Assembly: GCA_964535075.1 (NCBI GenBank)
Contig: CAZHRQ010000001.1
Location: forward strand, 1 to 53,525
Direction: 5' to 3'
Length of the DNA: 53,525 bases
Source of the DNA: an uncultured Rhodobacterales bacterium
GTDB taxonomy: Bacteria > Pseudomonadota > Alphaproteobacteria > Rhodospirillales > CAJXLG01
Numbering within the stretch: position 1 is the first letter of the stretch; each line of letters opens with the position of its first letter. A program made the position numbers and the translations under genes. The notes beneath the pieces are model-generated. The model was not told the origin of the DNA and made no database searches. It saw nothing but the letters and a program-made list of their open reading frames with translations. Positions 17,098 to 25,623 of this stretch are shown here, piece by piece.

Positions 17098-19476
17098 TCA
17101 ATGACGGGTGTACATCGCCCGGCAGGCCTGTTCCAGGGCCCGGGCGTGGTCGGCGGTATCGGCCAGGGGGCCCGTAAGCACCTGGGTGCGCACGGCGTTT
17201 CGGTCGGTGGCCGGGCCGCCCGTCGCCACCTCCCGCGCCAGGGCCACGGCAATGGCCACGTACTGCTCGGCCGTGGCGGCCACCCAGTGCGGCCATCCGG
17301 CATGGGTGAGAAGACTCGCGCTCTGGCGGTGGACCGCCAGATGGCCGGCGAGGGTCACCACCGGGACCCCCATCCATAGGGCCTCCAGCGTGGAGGTGCC
17401 GCCGGTGGCCGGTAGGGAATCCAGCACCACATCCACCGCCCCGTAGCGGGCCAGGACCTGTTCATGACGGGCGGTACTGCCCAGGGTCAGCCGTTCCGGC
17501 GCGATGCCGTGGGCGCCCAGGCCCTCGGTGATCCAGGCGCGTAGGGCCGGGTCATCCAGTTCCGGGGTGTCCAGCAGCAGGGGCGCTTCGGGCACCGCCC
17601 TCAGCACCCGCGCCCACAGGGCCAGGGTGGGCGGATGGACCTTGCGCAGGGTGCCGAGATAGCCAAACACCGGCGGGCCCGGGTCCCGGGGCGCGAGGGC
17701 CGGCAGCGTCTCCGGCGGGGCGGCGGCCACCCAGCAGCGGTCCAGCCGCCACACCGTTTCCGTGGCCTCCGCCACCCGGACCGCCGTCGGGCCGGGGTCC
17801 GGATGCAAGACCCGGTCGGTCAGCCAGTAATCCATGGCCCCAAGGCCGGTGGTGGCGGGATAGCCCAGCCACGCCACTTGCACCGGCGCCAGCCGGGCCT
17901 TGAACCACCAGGGCTGGGTGTGCCGCATGTGCCCGGCCAGATCCACCAGCACATGGGGCCGGGCGGCGGTGAGGGTGGCCAGGGCGCGGGACTCCGGCAG
18001 GTGGGCCAGGGGCTGCCAGTGATCCACCAGCGGCCGCAGGGTGCGGGAAGCGCCATCGGGATCGCGGGTGAGGTCGAACACCTGCACCGTCACGCGCTGC
18101 CGGTCCAACTGGCGGAAGAGATCGGCCACGAACCACAGGGTGGCGTGATAGCGGAATTCCGGCGACAAAAACCCCAGGCGCAGGGGGCCGGTTTCTGGCG
18201 TGTGGGGGGTGGCCGGCAACGAGGGCGTGGGCAGGCGGGCGGCCACTGTCTCGTGGGCCGCCCGCAGCCCTGCCGCCGTGGTGTCGGGACCATAGACTTG
18301 ATAGTACAGCCACGTGGATTCCCCTGTCGCATCCAGGGTCCCCAGGGCCCGCATGGTGGCGAAGGCGGCGGCGGCTTCCTCGGGGCGGTGCAGCTCGTAC
18401 AGCGCCACCCCCAGGTTGCGGGCCATGCCCGGGTCGTCGGGGGCCGCCCGGGCGGCCAGGGCGAAATCCTCGGCCGCCCGCTGCCACTGGCCCAGCGCCC
18501 GCCATAACAGTCCGCGATCATTGTGGCCGGTGGCATCACCGGGCGCCAGGGTCAACCCCTGGTCCAGGGCGGCCATGGCCTCGCGCGGGGCGCCGCCCTG
18601 GCGGAGCGCGGCTCCCAGATGCAGCAGCGGTCCCGCCTGATCGGGGGCCAGGGCATGGGCCCGGCGGTGGGCGGCGGCGGCGCCAGCCCAGTCCTGCAGC
18701 GCCGCCAGGGCCAGCCCCCGGTTGTCATGGGCGGGGGCGCTGTCCGGCAGCAGGCTGACCGCCCGGTCCAGGGCGGCCAGGGCCGCCTGGGGCTGGTGCA
18801 GGTCCAGGTGGGTCGCCCCCAGGTTGATCCAGACCTCGCCCACATCCGGCAACAGGGTGGTGGCCCGGTGGTGTGCCGCCAGGGCGTCCTGGATGTGGCC
18901 GGCCGCGCGCAGGGCGCAGCCCAGACCGTCCTGAAGGGCGCCGTCCCGCGGCAGGGACGCGGCCAGCGGTGTCAGCACGGACACCGCCTCCTCGGCCCGG
19001 TTGGCGGCCACCAGGGCCGCCCCCAGCACCAGCGCCAGGGGCAACAGGTCCGGGTAGTGATGCAGACCGGCCTCGGCCGCCGAAACGGCCTCCGAGGCGT
19101 GGCCCAGGGCCAGCAGGGCGCTGGCCCGGGCCCACAGGGGGCCGGCATCCTGTGGCGCGACGGCCAGGGCACGGGTGGCCAGGTCCAGCGCCTGTTGCGG
19201 CCGGTCCAGGGCCAGGGCCGCGCGGGCGGCGTTGCCCAAGGCCGGAGCCAGGGCGGGCAGGCGGGTCAGGGCGGCCTGCCAGTCCCCGTCGGCCCCCGGC
19301 AGATCGCCCAGAGCTTCCCGCGCCAACCCCCGGTTGTTAAGCGCCAGGGCCTGTTGGGCGGGATCGGTGAGTCCCGCCACGGCGTGATCATAGAGGGGCA
19401 GGGCCTCCCCGGGCCGCCCCGCGCTCAGGTGGGTGTCCGCGGCCTGAAGGAGCGCGGCGGCAGGGGCAGCGGTCAC
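17098..19476 (-). CDS. TPR-repeat protein with C-terminal GT41 (OGT/SPINDLY-like) glycosyltransferase domain
   Basis: Long N-terminal TPR array. C-terminal ..LRLGFLSPEFRYHA..VLVDLAGHMRHT..APVQVAWLGYPATTGLGAMDYWLTD..LEALWMGVPVVT.. matches the GT41 pattern. Start placed at GTG 19476, after ACAGGAG, overlapping the upstream stop as GTGA. Confidence 0.85.
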   Translation of the reverse strand: MTAAPAAALLQAADTHLSAGRPGEALPLYDHAVAGLTDPAQQALALNNRGLAREALGDLPGADGDWQAALTRLPALAPALGNAARAALALDRPQQALDLATRALAVAPQDAGPLWARASALLALGHASEAVSAAEAGLHHYPDLLPLALVLGAALVAANRAEEAVSVLTPLAASLPRDGALQDGLGCALRAAGHIQDALAAHHRATTLLPDVGEVWINLGATHLDLHQPQAALAALDRAVSLLPDSAPAHDNRGLALAALQDWAGAAAAHRRAHALAPDQAGPLLHLGAALRQGGAPREAMAALDQGLTLAPGDATGHNDRGLLWRALGQWQRAAEDFALAARAAPDDPGMARNLGVALYELHRPEEAAAAFATMRALGTLDATGESTWLYYQVYGPDTTAAGLRAAHETVAARLPTPSLPATPHTPETGPLRLGFLSPEFRYHATLWFVADLFRQLDRQRVTVQVFDLTRDPDGASRTLRPLVDHWQPLAHLPESRALATLTAARPHVLVDLAGHMRHTQPWWFKARLAPVQVAWLGYPATTGLGAMDYWLTDRVLHPDPGPTAVRVAEATETVWRLDRCWVAAAPPETLPALAPRDPGPPVFGYLGTLRKVHPPTLALWARVLRAVPEAPLLLDTPELDDPALRAWITEGLGAHGIAPERLTLGSTARHEQVLARYGAVDVVLDSLPATGGTSTLEALWMGVPVVTLAGHLAVHRQSASLLTHAGWPHWVAATAEQYVAIAVALAREVATGGPATDRNAVRTQVLTGPLADTADHARALEQACRAMYTRH

Positions 19477-21779
19477 GGGGGGCTCCTGTGGGCAAGCATG
19501 GGGTCCGGCGACCGCTTGGCCGCGTCGCTCATGCGGTGGAAGGCGTCTTCGAGGGCGCGGGCCAGGGCCGGGGTGTCGCACAGAGGGCTTTCCCGCAGGG
19601 TCTGGCGCTGGGTGTGGCGCCAGTGGCGCCGTTGTCCCGTATCCTTCGCCAGACGCACCACCCGGTCAACATAGGCCGCCGGGTCGGCGGTGATCCAGTC
19701 CTCCCGCCCCAGGGCGACCAGCAGGGAGGCGCTCATGCGTTGGGCCGGCACGGGCCCCGCCCGGGTGACCACCGGCACACCCATCCACAGGGCTTCCGCC
19801 GTGGTGGTGCCACCGCCAGCGCCGCCCAGGGGGTCCAGGGCGAGGTCCACCCGGTTGTAACAGGCCATGTGTGCGGCCCAGGTCGGCCTGGGGCCGATGA
19901 AGGTCACCCGGTCCGGCGCCACCCCCGCCGCCGCCAGATGGTCCCGCACCTGTGCCCGGCAGGCGGGGTCGTGCAGGGCGGGGCGGCTGAGCAGCAAACG
20001 GGCCCGGGGCAGACGGTGCAGAATCTCGCCCCAGGTGGCCCAGGTTTCGGGGGTCATCTTGCCCAGATCGTTGAAGCTGCCCAACCACAGGGTCTCGGGA
20101 TCGGGGGTCCAGGTGATATCCGGGGCATTCACCGGCGGCGGAAAGGCCAGCCAGCAGCGGGGCAGGGGCCACAAGGTCTCGGTGAACCAGGGCTGGCAAC
20201 TCGGCGGGCTCAGGATGGCATCGCCGATCCAGTAATCCATGGCCGCCACCCCGGTGGTGCCGAAATAGCCCAGCCAGTGGGCCTGCACCGGCGCCGCCCG
20301 CTGCCCCACCACGCCCAGGCGGTGGTGCTCGGTGTGACCGTCGAGGTCCAGCAGCAGATCCAGCCGGTCGGCCCGCAGGCGCTGGAGCAGGGCGGCATCG
20401 CTGGCCCCGGCCGTATGACACCAGTGGGGAAACACCTGCTCCAGTGCCGCCGTGAGCCCATCCCGGCCGCGCTGGGTGGTATAGGCGAACAGCGTCACCC
20501 GGGCTGGGTCCAGGGCCTGCACCACCGGATACAGGAAGCGGGCCACCGGGTGGTCGAGAAAACTGTGGGACAGGATGCCCACCCGCAGGGGGCCGGTGGC
20601 GGGGCGTGGCCGGGCGGGCAGGGACGGGGCTCCCTCCGGGGCGCCACAGGCGGTGGCGGCCAGACGGGCCAGGGCCACCTCCTCGGCCGGGGGCGCCAGA
20701 CCGCTGTAGGGGCGTAGGAACATGAGGGTGGAGACCAGTGGGCCCGGCGTTTCCGGCAGGCGGGCCAGGGCGGCACAGAGCACATCGTGGGCCGCCCGCC
20801 CCCGGCCCATGGTCAGTAGCGCCGTGGCCAGATTGAGGGGGATGACCGGATCCCGGGGATGGCGGGTCTCGGCGTCCGTCAGCAGCGCCACCGCCGCCGA
20901 GGGGGCGTTGTCGAAACGCTGCGCCAGGGCGAGGTTGATCGCCGTGGCCGCCGCCTCGGGGGCCAGGGCCCAGGCCCGTTGCAGCAGTGGCCGAGCCTCG
21001 GCCCAGCGGCCCAGGTCGCCCAGGGTGAGCCCCAGGTTGGTGAGGGCGGGGCCGTGGTCCGGCACCCGCGCCAGGGCCTCCTCCAGCCACGGCACGGCCT
21101 CCGCCAACCGCCCCAGATCGCGCAGGGCGTGGCCCAGGTTGGCCAGAATCTCGGGGCTGTCGGGGGCCAGGAGGCGGGCCTGCTGCAACAGGGCTTCGGC
21201 CGCGGCGGGGGCGTGTTGGCCGAGGTGGAGGGCGGCCAGATCATTGAGCAGCACCGGTTGGTCGGGCGCCAGGGCACAGGCCGTTTCCAGGGCGGCGCGG
21301 GCCCCGTCGGGATCGCCGGTGGCCGCCAGGGCCTGGGCAAGTCCCTGATGGGCGGCGGCGGCCTGGGGTTCGGCCTGGGTGGCGCGGCGGAAGGCGTCCA
21401 CGGCGCCGGCCGGATCCTCCAGGGCCTGACAGGCAATGCCCAGCAGATAGCACAGCCCCGGCCGCTCGGGCACCAGTGCCGCCGCCTGGGCCAACCAGGG
21501 GTGGGCGGCGGCGGCGTCCCCGTGCCGCAGCAGGGCGGCCCCCAGACGATGCGGCGGATCGGGAGAATGGGGCAGGCAGGTCAGGGCGTGGCGGGCGCTG
21601 TGGGCCATGGCGGGGAAGTCCCCGGCGGCCTCCTGCACATCGGCCAGCAGGATCCAAGCTGGCCCGTGGTCGGGGGCGCGGGTGGTCCAGGCCCGGGCCT
21701 CGGCCAGGGCGGCGGCCAGGTCTCCCCGCTGGTAGTGGGCCAGGATAACGGTGGCGGGGTCCTCCGGCGGGGGGGCCAT
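19473..21779 (-). CDS. TPR-repeat protein with C-terminal GT41 (OGT/SPINDLY-like) glycosyltransferase domain (paralogue)
   Basis: Same architecture: TPR array, then ..LRVGILSHSFLDHPV..LLLDLDGHTEHH..APVQAHWLGYFGTTGVAAMDYWIGD..AEALWMGVPVVT... Confidence 0.88.
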   Translation of the reverse strand: MAPPPEDPATVILAHYQRGDLAAALAEARAWTTRAPDHGPAWILLADVQEAAGDFPAMAHSARHALTCLPHSPDPPHRLGAALLRHGDAAAAHPWLAQAAALVPERPGLCYLLGIACQALEDPAGAVDAFRRATQAEPQAAAAHQGLAQALAATGDPDGARAALETACALAPDQPVLLNDLAALHLGQHAPAAAEALLQQARLLAPDSPEILANLGHALRDLGRLAEAVPWLEEALARVPDHGPALTNLGLTLGDLGRWAEARPLLQRAWALAPEAAATAINLALAQRFDNAPSAAVALLTDAETRHPRDPVIPLNLATALLTMGRGRAAHDVLCAALARLPETPGPLVSTLMFLRPYSGLAPPAEEVALARLAATACGAPEGAPSLPARPRPATGPLRVGILSHSFLDHPVARFLYPVVQALDPARVTLFAYTTQRGRDGLTAALEQVFPHWCHTAGASDAALLQRLRADRLDLLLDLDGHTEHHRLGVVGQRAAPVQAHWLGYFGTTGVAAMDYWIGDAILSPPSCQPWFTETLWPLPRCWLAFPPPVNAPDITWTPDPETLWLGSFNDLGKMTPETWATWGEILHRLPRARLLLSRPALHDPACRAQVRDHLAAAGVAPDRVTFIGPRPTWAAHMACYNRVDLALDPLGGAGGGTTTAEALWMGVPVVTRAGPVPAQRMSASLLVALGREDWITADPAAYVDRVVRLAKDTGQRRHWRHTQRQTLRESPLCDTPALARALEDAFHRMSDAAKRSPDPMLAHRSPP

Positions 21780-21785
21780 GGGGGA

Positions 21786-22166
21786 TCAGTTGGGCAGGTT
21801 GACGGGCAGGGGCGAGGCGGTGCGCCCGGCCCGGGCCACTCGGGGCCGTACGGCCTCCACCAGATAGCGGCCCACCCCCGGGCGCTGGCAGGGGTCCACC
21901 GCCGCCCAGGTCACATAGAGCCCGGTGGCGCTGTCCAGGGTGCGCAGGGCCTCCACCCGTTGCAGGCCGCGCAGGCGCCGGGCCAGATCCGGGGCCTCGC
22001 CGGCGGCGATCCAGGCCGGGGCCCGGTCCCAGGTCCACATGAGATAGACTCCCCCCACGCCCGCCAGTTCACTCAAGGGCACGGTGCCGAGACGATGATG
22101 ATAGCCATTGGCCGCCCGTGCCCAAACCACGAACAGGCCCATTTGCAATGCTTCCACGCCGTCCAT
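21786..22166 (-). CDS. Hypothetical protein (126 aa), first gene of the GT41 cluster
   Basis: ORF ends 6 nt before the GT41 start. Good GC3. Only a weak resemblance to GIY-YIG-type motifs (GGVYLMW ... RYLVEAVRP), which I cannot verify. Confidence 0.5.
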   Translation of the reverse strand: MDGVEALQMGLFVVWARAANGYHHRLGTVPLSELAGVGGVYLMWTWDRAPAWIAAGEAPDLARRLRGLQRVEALRTLDSATGLYVTWAAVDPCQRPGVGRYLVEAVRPRVARAGRTASPLPVNLPN

Positions 22167-22291
22167 CCCTTATGGGAAAAACTTCCCAGCCCCCTATTTT
22201 GCCACCCCTTCCTTAACGGGAGGTAAGCCTGGGCGGGCCTGCATGTCAGCCAATGTAGGGCGGGGTGCCGACGACTCCCGTGCCTATCGCC

Positions 22292-22320
22292 TTCCCACGG
22301 CGCGCGGGCGTGGTTACAAT
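22292..22320 (+). promoter_or_regulatory. Putative sigma70-type promoter of the kinase-fold gene
   Basis: TTCCCA (22292-22297), 17 nt, TACAAT (22315-22320), about 36 nt upstream of ATG 22356. Motif match only. Confidence 0.3.
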
Positions 22321-22355
22321 GGCCGCCGTTTGCCGCCTGGGAGGGAGCCCGCGTC

Positions 22356-23327
22356 ATGTATCCGGAATTGCCCGCAACCCGCCTCGCGGCCTGGCTGGCC
22401 GGCGCGGCGGAGGAAGACGTGACCTTGGAGCGCTGGGGGGCGCTCGGGGGCCATGGCTCCCACCGTGCTTGGTGGGTGGACCTGATCCGCGCCGGCACAC
22501 CCCTGGCAGCGGTGGTGCAGGCCACGGGCACCGGCCTCGGGAGCGGCAGCCATCGGCATGCCCTGTTGCAGTCGGTGCAGGCGGCCGGGGTGCCGGTGCC
22601 CACGCCCCTGTGGGCCTGTGATGATGCCTCGGTGCTGGGCCATCCCTTCCACGTGATGACCCGGGTGACGGGCACGGCGGCGGACCGCACGACCCTCACC
22701 CCGACCCTGGCGCGGGACCTGGGCACCGCCCTGGCTCGGTTACATACCCTCACCCCCGAAAACACCCATATGCCCTTCCTGGCCCGGCCCGAACCCGACC
22801 CGGTCACCGCCACCATCGCCGATCTGCGCCACTGGTTTGACGCCCGGCGGGCGGTGCGTCCGGTGCTGGAATGGGGGCTGCGCTGGCTGGAACGCCAAGT
22901 GCCGGTCCATCAGCCCCTGGCCCTGTGCCACCGCGACTGTCACCCCGGCAACCTGCTGGTGGGCGAAGACCATCTGGCGGCGGTGCTGCACTGGGCCCAT
23001 GCCGGCTGGGACACCCCTCAGGCGGAGGTGGGCCGGGTCCGCGCCTGTTGCCACGTGGCCATGGCCGACAGTGACCAAGGGGACGAACCCCTGTGGACGG
23101 CGTTCCAGGCAGCCTACACGGCCGCGGGCGGCACGCCCGTGGAAACCACCGCCCTGCCTTACTGGGAGGTGCTGGCCCATACCCGCTGGGCGGTGATGGC
23201 GCTGGAGCGCGCCGCCCGGGTGGGGGACAGCCCCGGCGAGCGCCTGGGCAACACCCTGGATGCCCACCGCGTGCCCCAGGCGGAATACCGTATCCTCACC
23301 CTGATCCAGCACGAGGAGACCCGGTGA
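22356..23327 (+). CDS. Phosphotransferase (APH/choline-kinase fold) family protein
   Basis: Brenner-type catalytic motif HRDCHPGNLLV. About 320 aa. GGGAGGGAG before the ATG. Confidence 0.8.
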   Translation: MYPELPATRLAAWLAGAAEEDVTLERWGALGGHGSHRAWWVDLIRAGTPLAAVVQATGTGLGSGSHRHALLQSVQAAGVPVPTPLWACDDASVLGHPFHVMTRVTGTAADRTTLTPTLARDLGTALARLHTLTPENTHMPFLARPEPDPVTATIADLRHWFDARRAVRPVLEWGLRWLERQVPVHQPLALCHRDCHPGNLLVGEDHLAAVLHWAHAGWDTPQAEVGRVRACCHVAMADSDQGDEPLWTAFQAAYTAAGGTPVETTALPYWEVLAHTRWAVMALERAARVGDSPGERLGNTLDAHRVPQAEYRILTLIQHEETR

Positions 23328-23722
23328 TGCGCGACCACTTCGACGACCACGATCTGCTTACCGAAGCAGCAGCGGTGTTGCGCTACGAGCTGTTGCCGCT
23401 GTTGCCGGACTCGGCGCGGCCCGAGGCTCTGCATGTGTTACAGGCCCTGGAGATCGCCCGTCGGGCCAGCCAGGATGTGGAGGATGCGGACCGGGCGGAG
23501 TTGATGGCCCTGTCGCGGGTACTGGCGGCCCCGCCGCCCCCCGACGACCTCTGCCTGCAAGACATTCGCGGGGCCCTGCATGCCCTGTCGCGGCAGTTGG
23601 CCACCCGGATCCGGCGCGGGGATTTCGATCCCGGCACCGCCCGGCACCGCGAGGTGCAGCAATACCTGGCGGTGGCCACGGGACGCAAGGTGCAGGAAAG
23701 CAGTCCGGCCCAAGACGGCTGA
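23327..23722 (+). CDS. Hypothetical helical protein coupled to the phosphotransferase gene (DUF6285-like)
   Basis: TGATG overlap with the upstream stop. 131 aa (MRDHFDDHDLLTEAAAVLRYELLP..). Small partners like this commonly follow this kinase family. The family name is from memory only. Confidence 0.55.
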   Translation: MRDHFDDHDLLTEAAAVLRYELLPLLPDSARPEALHVLQALEIARRASQDVEDADRAELMALSRVLAAPPPPDDLCLQDIRGALHALSRQLATRIRRGDFDPGTARHREVQQYLAVATGRKVQESSPAQDG

Positions 23723-23849
23723 GAAGCCGTCTCTTCACCAAGAACAACGGCTAGTAAGCCGTCTCTTCACTAAAAACAACGTCTAGCAAGCCATCTCTTC
23801 ACTAAAAACAACGGCTAATAAACCGTCGCCCTTAAAAGCGACGGCCGAC
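23721..23849. repeat. AT-rich ~32-bp tandem repeat array (3 good units and 1 degenerate)
   Basis: Units at 23721-23753, 23754-23785 and 23786-23817 have consensus [G/A]NAAGCCGTCTCTTCACYAARAACAACGGCTA. A degenerate unit lies at 23818-23849. AGCCGT/ACGGCT arms form serial hairpins. Confidence 0.85.
23814..23844 (-). terminator. Rho-independent terminator candidate for cheZ
   Basis: On the minus strand: CCGTCGC-ttttaagg-GCGACGG followed by TTTATTA, 12 nt after the cheZ stop. Confidence 0.5.
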
Positions 23850-23855
23850 AAGCCG

Positions 23856-24644
23856 TCAACCGAACAGCTTGTCGATCTCGCTTTGGTCGATGCGGGTGTC
23901 GTCCTCGGTGGGGCCGTGCAGCAGGGCGGCATCCTCGTCCAGATCGCCCTCTGAGGTTAGTCCCACCAGGGATTCCCGGCCCCAGATTTCCATCATGGCC
24001 GCCACCCGGTCCTCGATGAATTTAAGGGTGTTGACGATCTTGGTGATGCGCTGCCCGGTCAGGTCCTGGAAGTTGCAGGATTCAAAAATGCGCACGGCCA
24101 CTTCGGCGATGTCGTCGGCCATCTGCCGGGTATAACTGTCCTCGGTGTGGGCCTTCAGGGTGTGGGCCAGAGTGTCCACCTTTTCGGTGGCGTCCAGGAT
24201 GGTCTCGGTGGCCTTTTCGGTGGCCTCCACCACGGCGTCCAGTTCGTTGGTGACGGTGGCGATGCGGTCCTGACCGCTTGAGGGCGGGATGAGGGCGGCG
24301 ATTTCCTTCTTGGTCTGGTCGATGGCATTGACCATCTCGGTCAACTCATGCTGCAGCCGCTCCGTTTCCCCCCGCTGTTCGTCGATTCGCGCCCGCCAGG
24401 ACCGCAGTTCCTCCTCCAGGCGATTTTTTTCTTCTTCGCTGATGTGACTTATTTCCGGTGCCTGTTCCTTGAGCACCACCTGCTTGAGGGTCTTAAGGTC
24501 GCTGCGCAGGTCCTGGATGGCGGCCATCACCTCGTTATCGGCCCCGGCTGCCGGGGCCGACGGGACGAAATCGGGCAGGGATGCGCCCTGGGTGCGCATG
24601 CGTTGCAGCTCGGCCGTGAAGGGCCTGTTGGTGCGCCGGGACAT
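23856..24644 (-). CDS. cheZ: Chemotaxis phosphatase CheZ (alphaproteobacterial type)
   Basis: Active-site region ESCNFQDLTGQRITKIV (the FQDLTGQ signature) inside a long coiled coil. ATG 24644 chosen; a GTG at 24692 is possible. Confidence 0.85.
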   Translation of the reverse strand: MSRRTNRPFTAELQRMRTQGASLPDFVPSAPAAGADNEVMAAIQDLRSDLKTLKQVVLKEQAPEISHISEEEKNRLEEELRSWRARIDEQRGETERLQHELTEMVNAIDQTKKEIAALIPPSSGQDRIATVTNELDAVVEATEKATETILDATEKVDTLAHTLKAHTEDSYTRQMADDIAEVAVRIFESCNFQDLTGQRITKIVNTLKFIEDRVAAMMEIWGRESLVGLTSEGDLDEDAALLHGPTEDDTRIDQSEIDKLFG

Positions 24645-24765
24645 GAACGGGGGCCTTTCATCACGCAGGGACGCGGAGCGCGTCGGGGGCACGGAGCGGG
24701 AACCGGCCCGCCCGGGGGAGAACTTTACCGCCTTGGCGCCGGGGCGTCAAAGCGGCGGATTTTTC

Positions 24766-24794
24766 TTGACCCCGGCGCCGTACACGCCACAATA
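24766..24794 (+). promoter_or_regulatory. Putative sigma70-type promoter of rpsD
   Basis: TTGACC (24766-24771), 16-17 nt, CACAAT/ACAATA (24788-24794). It would give a ~130-nt leader. Motif match only. Confidence 0.3.
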
Positions 24795-24926
24795 GCGCCC
24801 TTCCACCCTTCCCGGCCCTGTGGGTTGGCCCGGCACGCTTCCGGTCCGGCCCCGCCCCGTATGGACCTCCAACGGATCCGGCCGCCGGGACAACAACAAC
24901 CGTCCGTTACAGACAGGTGAGTGAGA

Positions 24927-25541
24927 GTGAGCAAGCGTCATCCGGCCAAGTATAAATTGGATCGCCGTCTGCAGGCGAACCTGTGGGGTCGCCCCAAAAG
25001 CCCCGTCAACAAACGTGAATACGCGCCCGGCCAGCACGGCCAGCGCCGCCGCAAGCCCTCCGACTACGGCACCCAGCTTCAGGCCAAGCAGAAGCTGAAG
25101 GGCTACTACGGCAACATCTCTGAAAAGCAATTCCGCCGCTACTACCAGGAAGCCACCCGGCGCCGCGGGGATACCTCCGAGAACCTGATCGGCCTGCTGG
25201 AACGGCGCTTGGACGCGGTGATCTTCCGCATGAAGTTCGTGCCCACAGTGTTCTCCGCCCGTCAGTTCATCAACCACGGCCACATCAAGGTGAACGGCAA
25301 GCGGGTGAACGTGCCGAGCTATCAGGTGCGGCAAGGCGACGTGGTGGAAGTGCGGGAAAAGTCCCGGGAAATTCCCATCGTTCTCGACGCCGTGAACCTG
25401 GCGGAACGGGATGTGCCCGAGTACATGAACGTGGATCACAACAAAATGCGCGGTGAGTTCGTGCGCACCCCCAAGCTGGCGGATGTGCCCTACGCCGTGC
25501 AGATGGAACCCAATCTGGTGATTGAGTTCTATTCCCGTTAA
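24927..25541 (+). CDS. rpsD: 30S ribosomal protein S4
   Basis: (V)[37 protein letters not shown].. and the S4 domain ..[31 protein letters not shown]... GTG 24927 is the likely start. Confidence 0.95.
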   Translation: MSKRHPAKYKLDRRLQANLWGRPKSPVNKREYAPGQHGQRRRKPSDYGTQLQAKQKLKGYYGNISEKQFRRYYQEATRRRGDTSENLIGLLERRLDAVIFRMKFVPTVFSARQFINHGHIKVNGKRVNVPSYQVRQGDVVEVREKSREIPIVLDAVNLAERDVPEYMNVDHNKMRGEFVRTPKLADVPYAVQMEPNLVIEFYSR

Positions 25542-25555
25542 GTCGGGACCGAACA

Positions 25556-25587
25556 CCGCTTCTTAGAGCGGATCGCCCCCAATCGGG
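25556..25587. repeat. Half module B repeat (one arm only)
   Basis: TAGAGCGGATCGCCCCCAATCGGG is the exact reverse complement of the right arm of the copy at 7151-7214. It runs straight into the rpsD terminator stem. Confidence 0.7.
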
Positions 25588-25623
25588 CCGCCCGGGATGA
25601 CTTCCGGGCGGCCTTATTGTTTC
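25586..25623 (+). terminator. Rho-independent terminator of rpsD
   Basis: GGCCGCCCGG-gatgactt-CCGGGCGGCC (perfect 10-bp stem) followed by TTATTGTTTC. Confidence 0.8.

Noticed and set aside
23721-23849. The ~32-bp tandem array as a CRISPR array
   Set aside because: Units are directly adjacent with no unique spacers. There are only 3-4 units, no cas genes are in the window, and the array is bounded by two stop codons.
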